From Rhynchopus sp. YZ270_cl-10 (taxonomy: Eukaryota), in assembly GCA_964035575.1 (NCBI GenBank), contig OZ037840.1, positions 372,001 to 436,000 on the forward strand: 64,000 nucleotides of DNA, written 5' to 3'. Shown here in pieces: positions 35,001-47,404 of the stretch. The notes beneath the pieces are model-generated. The model worked only from the letters and a program-made list of their open reading frames with translations, ran no database searches and was not told the origin of the DNA. A program made the position numbers and the translations under genes. Within the stretch, counting starts at the first letter, position 1. The number at the start of each line of letters is the position of its first letter.

Positions 35001-36953
35001 CGGTTTTTCGCAAGAGAACGCGTTTCAATCAAAAGCGTCGGTTTTTCGCAAGAGAACGCGTTTCGATCAAAAGCGTCGGTTTTTCGCAAGAGAACGCGTT
35101 TCGATCAAAAGCGTCGGTTTTTCGCAAGAGAACGCGTTCCGATCAAAAGCGTCGGTTTTTCGCAAGAGAACGCGTTTCGATCAAAAGCGTCGGTTTTTCG
35201 CAAGAGAACGCGTTTCAATCAAAAGCGTCGGTTTTTCGCAAGAGAACGCGTTCCGATCAAAACCGTCGGTTTTGCGCAAGAGAACGCGTTTCGATCAAAA
35301 GCGTCGGTTTTGCGCAAGAGAACGCGTTTCGATTAAAAGCGTCGGTTTTGCGCAAGAGAACGCGTTCCGATCAAAAGCGTCGGTTTTTCGCAAGAGAACG
35401 CGTTCCGATCAAAAGCGTCGGTTTTGCGCAAGAGAACGCGTTTCGATCAAAAGCGTCGGTTTTGCGCAAGAGAACGCGTTTCGATTAAAAGCGTCGGTTT
35501 TTCGCAAGAGAACGCGTTCCGATCAAAAGCGTCGGTTTTTCGCAAGAGAACGCGTTCCGATCAAAAGCGTCGGTTTTTCGCAAGAGAACGCGTTCCGATC
35601 AAAAGCGTCGGTTTTTCGCAAGAAAACGCGTTCCGATCAAAAGCGTCGGTTTTTCGCAAGAGAACGCGTTCCGATCAAAAGCGTCGGTTTTTCGCAAGAT
35701 AACGCGTTCCGATCAAAAGCGTCGGTTTTTCGCAAGAGAACGCGTTTCGATCAAAAGCGTCGGTTTTGCGCAAGAGAACGCGTTCCGATCAAAAGCGTCG
35801 GTTTTTCGCAAGAGAACGCGTTTCGATCAAAAGCGTCGGTTTTGCGCAAGAGAACGCGTTTCGATCAAAAGCGTCGGTTTTTCGCAAGAGAACGCGTTTC
35901 GATCAAAAGCGTCGGTTTTGCGCAAGAGAACGCGTTCCGATCAAAAGCGTCGGTTTTTCGCAAGAGAACGCGTTTCGATCAAAAGCGTCGGTTTTGCGCA
36001 AGAGAACGCGTTCCGATCAAAAGCGTCGGTTTTTCGCAAGAGAACGCGTTTCGATCAAAAGCGTCGGTTTTGCGCAAGAGAACGCGTTTCGATCAAAAGC
36101 GTCGGTTTTGCGCAAGAGAACGCGTTTCGATCAAAAGCGTCGGTTTTTCGCAAGAGAACGCGTTCCGATCAAAACCGTCGGTTTTGCGCAAGAGAACGCG
36201 TTCCGATCAAAAGCGTCGGTTTTGCCCAAGAGAACGCGTTTCGATCAAAAGCGTCGGTTTTGCGCAAGAGAACGCGTTTCGATCAAAAGCGTCGGTTTTG
36301 CCCAAGAGAACGCGTTTCGATCAAAAGCGTCGGTTTTGCGCAAGAGAACGCGTTTCGATCAAAAGCGTCGGTTTTGCGCAAGAGAACGCGTTTCGATCAA
36401 AAGCGTCGGTTTTGCGCAAGGGAACGCGTTTCGATCAAAAGCGTCGGTTTTGCGCAAGAGAACGCGTTTCGATCAAAAGCGTCGGTTTTTCGCAAGAGAA
36501 CGCGTTTCGATCAAAAGCGTCGGTTTTGCGCAAGAGAACGCGTTTCGATCAAAAGCGTCGGTTTTGCGCAAGGGAACGCGTTCGATCAAAAGCGTCGGTT
36601 TTGCGCAAGAGAACGCGTTTCGATCAAAAGCGTCGGTTTTGCGCAAGAGAACGCGTTTCGATCAAGAGCGTCGGTTTTGCGCAAGAGAACGCGTTTCGAT
36701 CAAAAGCGTCGGTTTTTCGCAAGAGAACGCGTTTCGATCAAAAGCGTCGGTTTTGCGCAAGAGAACGCGTTTCGATCAAAAGCGTCGGTTTTGCGCAAGA
36801 GAACGCGTTTCGATCAAAAGCGTCGGTTTTGCGCAAGAGAACGCGTTTCGATCAAAAGCGTCGGTTTTTCGCAAGAGAACGCGTTTCAATCAAAAGCGTC
36901 GGTTTTTCGCAAGAGAACGCGTTTCGATCAAAAGCGTCGGTTTTGCGCAAGAG

Positions 36954-37392
36954 TAGCTATTTCCCTCCCTCCCGCCAGAGCCCGAGGGATCCCTTGAGGG
37001 AGGTCAGGGCAGCCCGAGGGCCGAAGGCCCGAGGGCGCCCTGACCTCCCGAAAGGGAATCCCGAGGGCCAAGGGAGGGAGGGATGTAGCTTTGTGACCCG
37101 AAGAGGTCGTTTTCTACCCGAACTGCCTGCAAACAAGCGCTTTTGTGGTGTTTTGTGTACAAACACGTATGTTTTTCGGCCCACATGGGTACCATCGTTT
37201 GTGGCCCACGGACGCCCAAAAGCATGCGAATACGCTTTTCGAGTCGCAGAAACCAGGTTGTGGGCCGTTTTAAAAAGTTTTTGGCCGGTTTCAGTCACCA
37301 AAACGCACATTCTCTCGCGGGAATTTTTGGTGCTCTCAAGGGAATCCTCTTAGCTCTCAAGGGAATCCCTTGAGACCTCTGGAGGGTTACAA
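36954..37392. mobile_element. 439-bp insert in the satellite starting with a ~135-bp GC-rich hairpin (copy 1)
   Basis: Interrupts a monomer between CAAGAG and AACGCG; AGCTA..TCCCTCCCTCCC / GGGAGGGAGGGA..TAGCT arms (36955-37090), apex GGGCCGAAGGCCC; no TIR or TSD seen. Confidence 0.7.
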
Positions 37393-40300
37393 AACGCGTT
37401 CCGATCAAAAGCGTCGGTTTTTCGCAAGAGAACGCGTTTCGGTCAAAAGCGTCGGTTTTGCGCAAGGGAACGCGTTTCGATCAAAAGCGTCGGTTTTTCG
37501 CAAGAGAACGCGTTCCGATCAAAAGCGTCGGTTTTGCGCAAGAGAACGCGTTTCGATCAAAAGCGTCGGTTTTTCGCAAGAGAACGCGTTCCGATCAAAA
37601 GCGTCGGTTTTTCGCAAGAGAACGCGTTCCGATCAAAAGCGTCGGTTTTGCGCAAGAGAACGCGTTCCGATCAAAAGCGTCGGTTTTGCGCAAGAGAACG
37701 CGTTCCGATCAAAAGCGTCGGTTTTGCGCAAGGGAACGCGTTTCGATCAAAAGCGTCGGTTTTGCGCAAGAGAACGCGTTCCGATCAAAAGCGTCGGTTT
37801 TGCGCAAGAGAACGCGTTTCGATCAAAAGCGTCGGTTTTGCGCAAGAGAACGCGTTTCGATCAAAAGCGTCGGTTTTGCGCAAGAGAACGCGTTTCGATC
37901 AAAAGCCTCGGTTTTGCGCAAGAGAACGCGTTTCGATTAAAAGCGTCGGTTTTGCGCAAGAGAACGCGTTCCGATCAAAAGCGTCGGTTTTTCGCAAGAG
38001 AACGCGTTCCGATCAAAAGCGTCGGTTTTTCGCAAGAGAACGCGTTTCGATCAAAAGCGTCGGTTTTTCGCAAGAGAACGCGTTTCGATCAAAAGCGTCG
38101 GTTTTGCGCAAGAGAACGCGTTTCGATCAAAAGCGTCGGTTTTGCGCAAGAGAACGCGTTCCGATCAAAAGCGTCGGTTTTTCGCAAGAGAACGCGTTCC
38201 GATCAAAAGCGTCGGTTTTTCGCAAGAGAACGCGTTTCGATCAAAAGCGTCGGTTTTTCGCAAGAGAACGCGTTCCGATCAAAAGCGTCGGTTTTGCGCA
38301 AGAGAACGCGTTCCGATCAAAAGCGTCGGTTTTGCGCAAGAGAACGCGTTTCGATCAAAAGCGTCGGTTTTGCGCAAGGGAACGCGTTTCGATCAAAAGC
38401 GTCGGTTTTTCGCAAGAGAACGCGTTTCGATCAAAAGCGTCCGTTTTGCGCAAGAGAACGCGTTTCGATCAAAAGCCTCGGTTTTGCGCAAGAGAACGCG
38501 TTCCGATCAAAAGCGTCGGTTTTTCGCAAGAGAACGCGTTCCGATCAAAAGCGTCGGTTTTTCGCAAGAGAACGCGTTCCGATCAAAAGCGTCGGTTTTT
38601 CGCAAGAGAACGCGTTTCGATCAAAAGCGTCGGTTTTTCGCAAGAGAACGCGTTCCGATCAAAAGCGTCGGTTTTTCGCAAGAAAACGCGTTCCGATCAA
38701 AAGCGTCGGTTTTTCGCAAGAAAACGCGTTCCAATCATAAGCGTCGGTTTTTCGCAAGAGAACGCGTTTCGATCAAAAGCGTCGGTTTTTCGCAAGAGAA
38801 CGCGTTTCGATCAAAAGCGTCGGTTTTGCGCAAGAGAACGCGTTTCGATCAAAAGCGTCGGTTTTTCGCAAGATAACGCGTTCCGATCAAAAGCGTCGGT
38901 TTTTCGCAAGAGAACGCGTTTCGATCAAAAGCGTCGGTTTTGCGCAAGAGAACGCGTTTCGATCAAAAGCGTCGGTTTTGCGCAAGAGAACGCGTTCCGA
39001 TCAAAAGCGTCGGTTTTTCGCAAGAGAACGCGTTCCGATCAAAAGCGTCGGTTTTTCGCAAGAGAACGCGTTTCGATCAAAAGCGTCGGTTTTTCGCAAG
39101 AGAACGCGTTTCGATCAAAAGCGTCGGTTTTTCGCAAGAGAACGCGTTCCGATCAAAAGCGTCGGTTTTGCGCAAGAGAACGCGTTCCGATCAAAAGCGT
39201 CGGTTTTGCGCAAGAGAACGCGTTTCGATCAAAAGCGTCGGTTTTGCGCAAGGGAACGCGTTTCGATCAAAAGCGTCGGTTTTTCGCAAGAGAACGCGTT
39301 TCGATCAAAAGCGTCGGTTTTGCGCAAGAGAACGCGTTCCGATCAAAAGCGTCGGATTTTCGCAAGAGAACGCGTTCCGATCAAAAGCGTCGGTTTTTCG
39401 CAAGAGAACGCGTTTCGATCAAAAGCGTCGGTTTTGCGCAAGGGAACGCGTTTCGATCAAAAGCGTCGGTTTTTCGCAAGAGAACGCGTTTCGATCAAAA
39501 GCGTCGGTTTTTCGCAAGAGAACGCGTTTCGATCAAAAGCGTCGGTTTTTCGCAAGAGAACGCGTTCCGATCAAAAGCGTCGGTTTTTCGCAAGAAAACG
39601 CGTTCCGATCAAAAGCGTCGGTTTTTCGCAAGAAAACGCGTTCCAATCATAAGCGTCGGTTTTTCGCAAGAGAACGCGTTTCGATCAAAAGCGTCGGTTT
39701 TGCGCAAGGGAACGCGTTTCGATCAAAAGCGTCGGTTTTTCGCAAGATAACGCGTTCCGATCAAAAGCGTCGGTTTTTCGCAAGAGAACGCGTTTCGATC
39801 AAAAGCGTCGGTTTTGCGCAAGAGAACGCGTTTCGATCAAAAGCGTCGGTTTTGCGCAAGAGAACGCGTTCCGATCAAAAGCGTCGGTTTTTCGCAAGAG
39901 AACGCGTTCCGATCAAAAGCGTCGGTTTTTCGCAAGAGAACGCGTTTCGATCAAAAGCGTCGGTTTTTCGCAAGAGAACGCGTTCCGATCAAAAGCGTCG
40001 GTTTTGCGCAAGAGAACGCGTTTCGATCAAAAGCGTCGGTTTTTCGCAAGAGAACGCGTTCCGATCAAAAGCGTCGGTTTTGCCCAAGAGAACGCGTTTC
40101 GATCAAAAGCGTCGGTTTTGCGCAAGAGAACGCGTTTCGATCAAAAGCGTCGGTTTTGCCCAAGAGAACGCGTTTCGATCAAAAGCGTCGGTTTTGCGCA
40201 AGAGAACGCGTTTCGATCAAAAGCGTCGGTTTTGCGCAAGAGAACGCGTTTCGATCAAAAGCGTCGGTTTTGCGCAAGGGAACGCGTTTCGATCAAAAGC

Positions 40301-42710
40301 GTCGGTTTTGCGCAAGAGAACGCGTTTCGATCAAAAGCGTCGGTTTTTCGCAAGAGAACGCGTTTCGATCAAAAGCGTCGGTTTTGCGCAAGAGAACGCG
40401 TTTCGATCAAAAGCGTCGGTTTTGCGCAAGGGAACGCGTTCGATCAAAAGCGTCGGTTTTGCGCAAGAGAACGCGTTTCGATCAAAAGCGTCGGTTTTGC
40501 GCAAGAGAACGCGTTTCGATCAAGAGCGTCGGTTTTGCGCAAGAGAACGCGTTTCGATCAAAAGCGTCGGTTTTTCGCAAGAGAACGCGTTCCGATCAAA
40601 AGCGTCGGTTTTTCGCAAGAGAACGCGTTCCGATCAAAAGCGTCGGTTTTTCGCAAGAGAACGCGTTTCGATCAAAAGCGTCGGTTTTTCGCAAGAGAAC
40701 GCGTTTCGATCAAAAGCGTCGGTTTTTCGCAAGAGAACGCGTTCCGATCAAAAGCGTCGGTTTTGCGCAAGAGAACGCGTTCCGATCAAAAGCGTCGGTT
40801 TTGCGCAAGAGAACGCGTTTCGATCAAAAGCGTCGGTTTTGCGCAAGGGAACGCGTTTCGATCAAAAGCGTCGGTTTTTCGCAAGAGAACGCGTTTCGAT
40901 CAAAAGCGTCGGTTTTGCGCAAGAGAACGCGTTCCGATCAAAAGCGTCGGTTTTTCGCAAGAGAACGCGTTCCGATCAAAAGCGTCGGTTTTTCGCAAGA
41001 GAACGCGTTCCGATCAAAAGCGTCGGTTTTTCGCAAGAGAACGCGTTTCGATCAAAAGCGTCGGTTTTTCGCAAGAGAACGCGTTCCGATCAAAAGCGTC
41101 GGTTTTTCGCAAGAAAACGCGTTCCGATCAAAAGCGTCGGTTTTTCGCAAGAAAACGCGTTCCAATCATAAGCGTCGGTTTTTCGCAAGAGAACGCGTTT
41201 CGATCAAAAGCGTCGGTTTTTCGCAAGAGAACGCGTTTCGATCAAAAGCGTCGGTTTTGCGCAAGGGAACGCGTTTCGATCAAAAGCGTCGGTTTTTCGC
41301 AAGATAACGCGTTCCGATCAAAAGCGTCGGTTTTTCGCAAGAGAACGCGTTTCGATCAAAAGCGTCGGTTTTGCGCAAGAGAACGCGTTTCGATCAAAAG
41401 CGTCGGTTTTGCGCAAGAGAACGCGTTCCGATCAAAAGCGTCGGTTTTTCGCAAGAGAACGCGTTCCGATCAAAAGCGTCGGTTTTTCGCAAGAGAACGC
41501 GTTTCGATCAAAAGCGTCGGTTTTTCGCAAGAGAACGCGTTCCGATCAAAAGCGTCGGTTTTGCGCAAGAGAACGCGTTTCGATCAAAAGCGTCGGTTTT
41601 TCGCAAGAGAACGCGTTCCGATCAAAAGCGTCGGTTTTGCCCAAGAGAACGCGTTTCGATCAAAAGCGTCGGTTTTGCGCAAGAGAACGCGTTTCGATCA
41701 AAAGCGTCGGTTTTGCCCAAGAGAACGCGTTTCGATCAAAAGCGTCGGTTTTGCGCAAGAGAACGCGTTTCGATCAAAAGCGTCGGTTTTGCGCAAGAGA
41801 ACGCGTTTCGATCAAAAGCGTCGGTTTTGCGCAAGGGAACGCGTTTCGATCAAAAGCGTCGGTTTTGCGCAAGAGAACGCGTTTCGATGAAAAGCGTCGG
41901 TTTTTCGCAAGAGAACGCGTTTCGATCAAAAGCGTCGGTTTTGCGCAAGAGAACGCGTTTCGATCAAAAGCGTCGGTTTTGCGCAAGGGAACGCGTTTCG
42001 ATCAAAAGCGTCGGTTTTGCGCAAGAGAACGCGTTTCGATCAAAAGCGTCGGTTTTTCGCAAGAGAACGCGTTTCGATCAAAAGCGTCGGTTTTGCGCAA
42101 GAGAACGCGTTTCGATCAAAAGCGTCGGTTTTGCGCAAGGGAACGCGTTTCGATCAAAAGCGTCGGTTTTGCGCAAGAGAACGCGTTTCGATCAAAAGCG
42201 TCGGTTTTTCGCAAGAGAACGCGTTTCGATCAAAAGCGTCGGTTTTGCGCAAGGGAACGCGTTTCGATCAAAAGCGTCGGTTTTTCGCAAGAGAACGCGT
42301 TTCGATCAAAAGCGTCGGTTTTGCGCAAGAGAACGCGTTTCGATCAAAAGCGTCGGTTTTGCGCAAGGGAACGCGTTCGATCAAAAGCGTCGGTTTTGCG
42401 CAAGAGAACGCGTTTCGATCAAAAGCGTCGGTTTTGCGCAAGAGAACGCGTTTCGATCAAGAGCGTCGGTTTTGCGCAAGAGAACGCGTTTCGATCAAAA
42501 GCGTCGGTTTTTCGCAAGAGAACGCGTTTCGATCAAAAGCGTCGGTTTTGCGCAAGAGAACGCGTTTCGATCAAAAGCGTCGGTTTTTCGCAAGAGAACG
42601 CGTTTCGATCAAAAGCGTCGGTTTTTCGCAAGAGAACGCGTTTCAATCAAAAGCGTCGGTTTTTCGCAAGAGAACGCGTTTCGATCAAAAGCGTCGGTTT
42701 TGCGCAAGAG

Positions 42711-43149
42711 TAGCTATTTCCCTCCCTCCCGCCAGAGCCCGAGGGATCCCTTGAGGGAGGTCAGGGCAGCCCGAGGGCCGAAGGCCCGAGGGCGCCCTGA
42801 CCTCCCGAAAGGGAATCCCGAGGGCCAAGGGAGGGAGGGATGTAGCTTTGTGACCCGAAGAGGTCGTTTTCTACCCGAACTGCCTGCAAACAAGCGCTTT
42901 TGTGGTGTTTTGTGTACAAACACGTATGTTTTTCGGCCCACATGGGTACCATCGTTTGTGGCCCACGGACGCCCAAAAGCATGCGAATACGCTTTTCGAG
43001 TCGCAGAAACCAGGTTGTGGGCCGTTTTAAAAAGTTTTTGGCCGGTTTCAGTCACCAAAACGCACATTCTCTCGCGGGAATTTTTGGTGCTCTCAAGGGA
43101 ATCCTCTTAGCTCTCAAGGGAATCCCTTGAGACCTCTGGAGGGTTACAA
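42711..43149. mobile_element. Apparently identical copy 2 of the 439-bp hairpin insert
   Basis: Same sequence, same junctions and matching flanking monomer variants at offset 5757. Confidence 0.7.
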
Positions 43150-46100
43150 AACGCGTTCCGATCAAAAGCGTCGGTTTTTCGCAAGAGAACGCGTTTCGGT
43201 CAAAAGCGTCGGTTTTGCGCAAGGGAACGCGTTTCGATCAAAAGCGTCGGTTTTTCGCAAGAGAACGCGTTCCGATCAAAAGCGTCGGTTTTGCGCAAGA
43301 GAACGCGTTTCGATCAAAAGCGTCGGTTTTTCGCAAGAGAACGCGTTCCGATCAAAAGCGTCGGTTTTTCGCAAGAGAACGCGTTCCGATCAAAAGCGTC
43401 GGTTTTGCGCAAGAGAACGCGTTCCGATCAAAAGCGTCGGTTTTGCGCAAGAGAACGCGTTCCGATCAAAAGCGTCGGTTTTGCGCAAGGGAACGCGTTT
43501 CGATCAAAAGCGTCGGTTTTGCGCAAGAGAACGCGTTCCGATCAAAAGCGTCGGTTTTGCGCAAGAGAACGCGTTTCGATCAAAAGCGTCGGTTTTGCGC
43601 AAGAGAACGCGTTTCGATCAAAAGCGTCGGTTTTGCGCAAGAGAACGCGTTTCGATCAAAAGCCTCGGTTTTGCGCAAGAGAACGCGTTTCGATTAAAAG
43701 CGTCGGTTTTGCGCAAGAGAACGCGTTCCGATCAAAAGCGTCGGTTTTTCGCAAGAGAACGCGTTCCGATCAAAAGCGTCGGTTTTTCGCAAGAGAACGC
43801 GTTTCGATCAAAAGCGTCGGTTTTTCGCAAGAGAACGCGTTTCGATCAAAAGCGTCGGTTTTGCGCAAGAGAACGCGTTTCGATCAAAAGCGTCGGTTTT
43901 GCGCAAGAGAACGCGTTCCGATCAAAAGCGTCGGTTTTTCGCAAGAGAACGCGTTCCGATCAAAAGCGTCGGTTTTTCGCAAGAGAACGCGTTTCGATCA
44001 AAAGCGTCGGTTTTTCGCAAGAGAACGCGTTCCGATCAAAAGCGTCGGTTTTGCGCAAGAGAACGCGTTCCGATCAAAAGCGTCGGTTTTGCGCAAGAGA
44101 ACGCGTTTCGATCAAAAGCGTCGGTTTTGCGCAAGGGAACGCGTTTCGATCAAAAGCGTCGGTTTTTCGCAAGAGAACGCGTTCCGATCAAAAGCGTCCG
44201 TTTTGCGCAAGAGAACGCGTTTCGATCAAAAGCCTCGGTTTTGCGCAAGAGAACGCGTTCCGATCAAAAGCGTCGGTTTTTCGCAAGAGAACGCGTTCCG
44301 ATCAAAAGCGTCGGTTTTTCGCAAGAGAACGCGTTCCGATCAAAAGCGTCGGTTTTTCGCAAGAGAACGCGTTTCGATCAAAAGCGTCGGTTTTTCGCAA
44401 GAGAACGCGTTTCGATCAAAAGCGTCGGTTTTTCGCAAGAGAACGCGTTCCGATCAAAAGCGTCGGTTTTGCGCAAGAGAACGCGTTCCGATCAAAAGCG
44501 TCGGTTTTGCGCAAGAGAACGCGTTTCGATCAAAAGCGTCGGTTTTGCGCAAGGGAACGCGTTTCGATCAAAAGCGTCGGTTTTTCGCAAGAGAACGCGT
44601 TTCGATCAAAAGCGTCGGTTTTGCGCAAGAGAACGCGTTCCGATCAAAAGCGTCGGATTTTCGCAAGAGAACGCGTTCCGATCAAAAGCGTCGGTTTTTC
44701 GCAAGAGAACGCGTTCCGATCAAAAGCGTCGGTTTTTCGCAAGAGAACGCGTTTCGATCAAAAGCGTCGGTTTTTCGCAAGAGAACGCGTTCCGATCAAA
44801 AGCGTCGGTTTTTCGCAAGAAAACGCGTTCCGATCAAAAGCGTCGGTTTTTCGCAAGAAAACGCGTCCCAATCATAAGCGTCGGTTTTTCGCAAGAGAAC
44901 GCGTTTCGATCAAAAGCGTCGGTTTTTCGCAAGAGAACGCGTTTCGATCAAAAGCGTCGGTTTTGCGCAAGAGAACGCGTTTCGATCAAAAGCGTCGGTT
45001 TTTCGCAAGATAACGCGTTCCGATCAAAAGCGTCGGTTTTTCGCAAGAGAACGCGTTTCGATCAAAAGCGTCGGTTTTGCGCAAGAGAACGCGTTTCGAT
45101 CAAAAGCGTCGGTTTTGCGCAAGAGAACGCGTTCCGATCAAAAGCGTCGGTTTTTCGCAAGAGAACGCGTTTCGATCAAAAGCGTCGGTTTTTCGCAAGA
45201 GAACGCGTTCCGATCAAAAGCGTCGCTTTTTCGCAAGAGAACGCGTTCCGATCAAAAGCGTCGGTTTTTCGCAAGAGAACGCGTTTCAATCAAAAGCGTC
45301 GGTTTTGCGCAAGGGAACGCGTTTCGATCAAAAGCGTCGGTTTTGCGCAAGAGAACGCGTTTCAATCAAAAGCGTCGGTTTTTCGCAAGAGAACGCGTTC
45401 CGATCAAAAGCGTCGGTTTTTCGCAAGAGAACGCGTTTCGATCAAAAGCGTCGGTTTTTCGCAAGAGAACGCGTTCCGATCAAAAGCGTCGGTTTTGCGC
45501 AAGAGAACGCGTTTCGATCAAAAGCGTCGGTTTTTCGCAAGAGAACGCGTTCCGATCAAAAGCGTCGGTTTTTCGCAAGAGAACGCGTTCCGATCAAAAG
45601 CGTCGGTTTTTCGCAAGAGAACGCGTTTCGATCAAAAGCGTCGGTTTTTCGCAAGAGAACGCGTTTCGATCAAAAGCGTCGGTTTTGCGCAAGAGAACGC
45701 GTTTCGATCAAAAGCGTCGGTTTTGCGCAAGAGAACGCGTTCCGATCAAAAGCGTCGGTTTTTCGCAAGAGAACGCGTTCCGATCAAAAGCGTCGGTTTT
45801 GCGCAAGAGAACGCGTTTCGATCAAAAGCGTCGGTTTTGCGCAAGGGAACGCGTTTCGATCAAAAGCGTCGGTTTTGCGCAAGAGAACGCGTTCCGATCA
45901 AAAGCGTCGGTTTTTCGCAAGAGAACGCGTTTCGATCAAAAGCGTCGGTTTTTCGCAAGAGAACGCGTTCCGATCAAAAGCGTCGGTTTTGCGCAAGAGA
46001 ACGCGTTTCGATCAAAAGCGTCGGTTTTTCGCAAGAGAACGCGTTTCGATCAAAAGCGTCGGTTTTGCGCAAGAGAACGCGTTTCGATCAAAAGCCTCGG

Positions 46101-46591
46101 TTTTGCGCAAGAGAACGCGTTCCGATCAAAAGCGTCGGTTTTTCGCAAGAGAACGCGTTCCGATCAAAAGCGTCGGTTTTTCGCAAGAGAACGCGTTTCG
46201 ATCAAAAGCGTCGGTTTTTCGCAAGAGAACGCGTTCCGATCAAAAGCGTCGGTTTTTCGCAAGAAAACGCGTTCCAATCATAAGCGTCGGTTTTTCGCAA
46301 GAGAACGCGTTTCGATCAAAAGCGTCGGTTTTTCGCAAGAGAACGCGTTTCGATCAAAAGCGTCGGTTTTGCGCAAGAGAACGCGTTTCGATCAAAAGCG
46401 TCGGTTTTTCGCAAGATAACGCGTTCCGATCAAAAGCGTCGGTTTTTCGCAAGAGAACGCGTTTCGATCAAAAGCGTCGGTTTTGCGCAAGAGAACGCGT
46501 TTCGATCAAAAGCGTCGGTTTTGCGCAAGAGAACGCGTTCCGATCAAAAGCGTCGGTTTTTCGCAAGAGAACGCGTTCCGATCAAAAGCGT

Positions 46592-47094
46592 TTGTTTCCC
46601 TAGGGAGGGTCAAAAAGACCCTCCCGCCAGCTACTTTACACGCCCGCCGGGAGGGTCAAACCCACCCGGCGGGAGGGTAAACCTGGCGGGAGGGTCCGGA
46701 CCCTCCCGCCAGCTTTTGGACCCTCCCGCCAGGTCTGTGGACCCTCCCGCCAGGTCTGTGGACCCTCCCACCAGGTCTGGGGACCCTCCCGCCAGGTCTG
46801 TGGACCCTCCCGCCAGGTCTGGGGACCCTCCCGCCAGGTCTGGGGACCCTCCCGCCAGCTTTTTGGACCCTCCCGCCAGGTCTGGGGACCCTCCCGCCAG
46901 GTCTGTGGACCCTCCCGCCAGCTTTTTGGACCCTCCCGCCAGGTCTGGGGACCCTCCCGCCAGGTCTGGGGACCCTCCCGCCAGGTCTGGGGACCCTCCC
47001 GCCAGCTTTTTGGACCCTCCCGCCAGGTTTTTTGGGTTTTTCTCACTCTACGTAGCGTCGGTGAGGGTTTTTTTGACCCTCCCGCGTGAAACAA
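46592..47094. mobile_element. TIR element (503 bp) with internal 21-bp minisatellite, copy 1
   Basis: TTGTTTCCCTAGGGAGGGTCAAAAA / TTTTTGACCCTCCCGCGTGAAACAA; flanking duplication of satellite bases AGCGT (46587-46591, 47095-47099); interior (GGACCCTCCCGCCAGGTCTG(T/G))n. Confidence 0.8.
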
Positions 47095-47100
47095 AGCGTC

Positions 47101-47404
47101 CTACAACCCCCCTAGCCACCCCTTAGGCTCTCCGTTGTGAGGGTCCTTTTCGAAACCGCTCCCGCCGGGTTTTTTGCTCTCGGGAGCCCTGTTGGACCCT
47201 CGGGGACCCGTGTGGGCCCTCGGGAGGCCGTGTGGCGCTCGGGCTTCGCCCTCGTTCCCCCACACGGCCTCCCTCGGGCCCACACGGGTCCCCTCGTGGT
47301 CCAACAGGGCTCCCTCGAGCAAAAAACCCGGCGGGAGGGTTTCGAAAATATGACCCTCCCGCCGGGAGCCTTCGGGTACCTGGCGGGAGGGTTGTAAATA
47401 CTCA
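47101..47404. mobile_element. Fold-back element with a ~200-bp hairpin, copy 1
   Basis: Palindrome 47147-47348, apex GGGCTTCGCCC, periodic TC/TC mismatches; outer TACAACCC / GGGTTGTA. Confidence 0.7.

Noticed and set aside
46521..47126. DPPARSG / WREGPQT heptapeptide-repeat ORFs (also at 60.3-60.9 kb)
   Set aside because: Translations of the 21-bp minisatellite in a non-coding TIR element.
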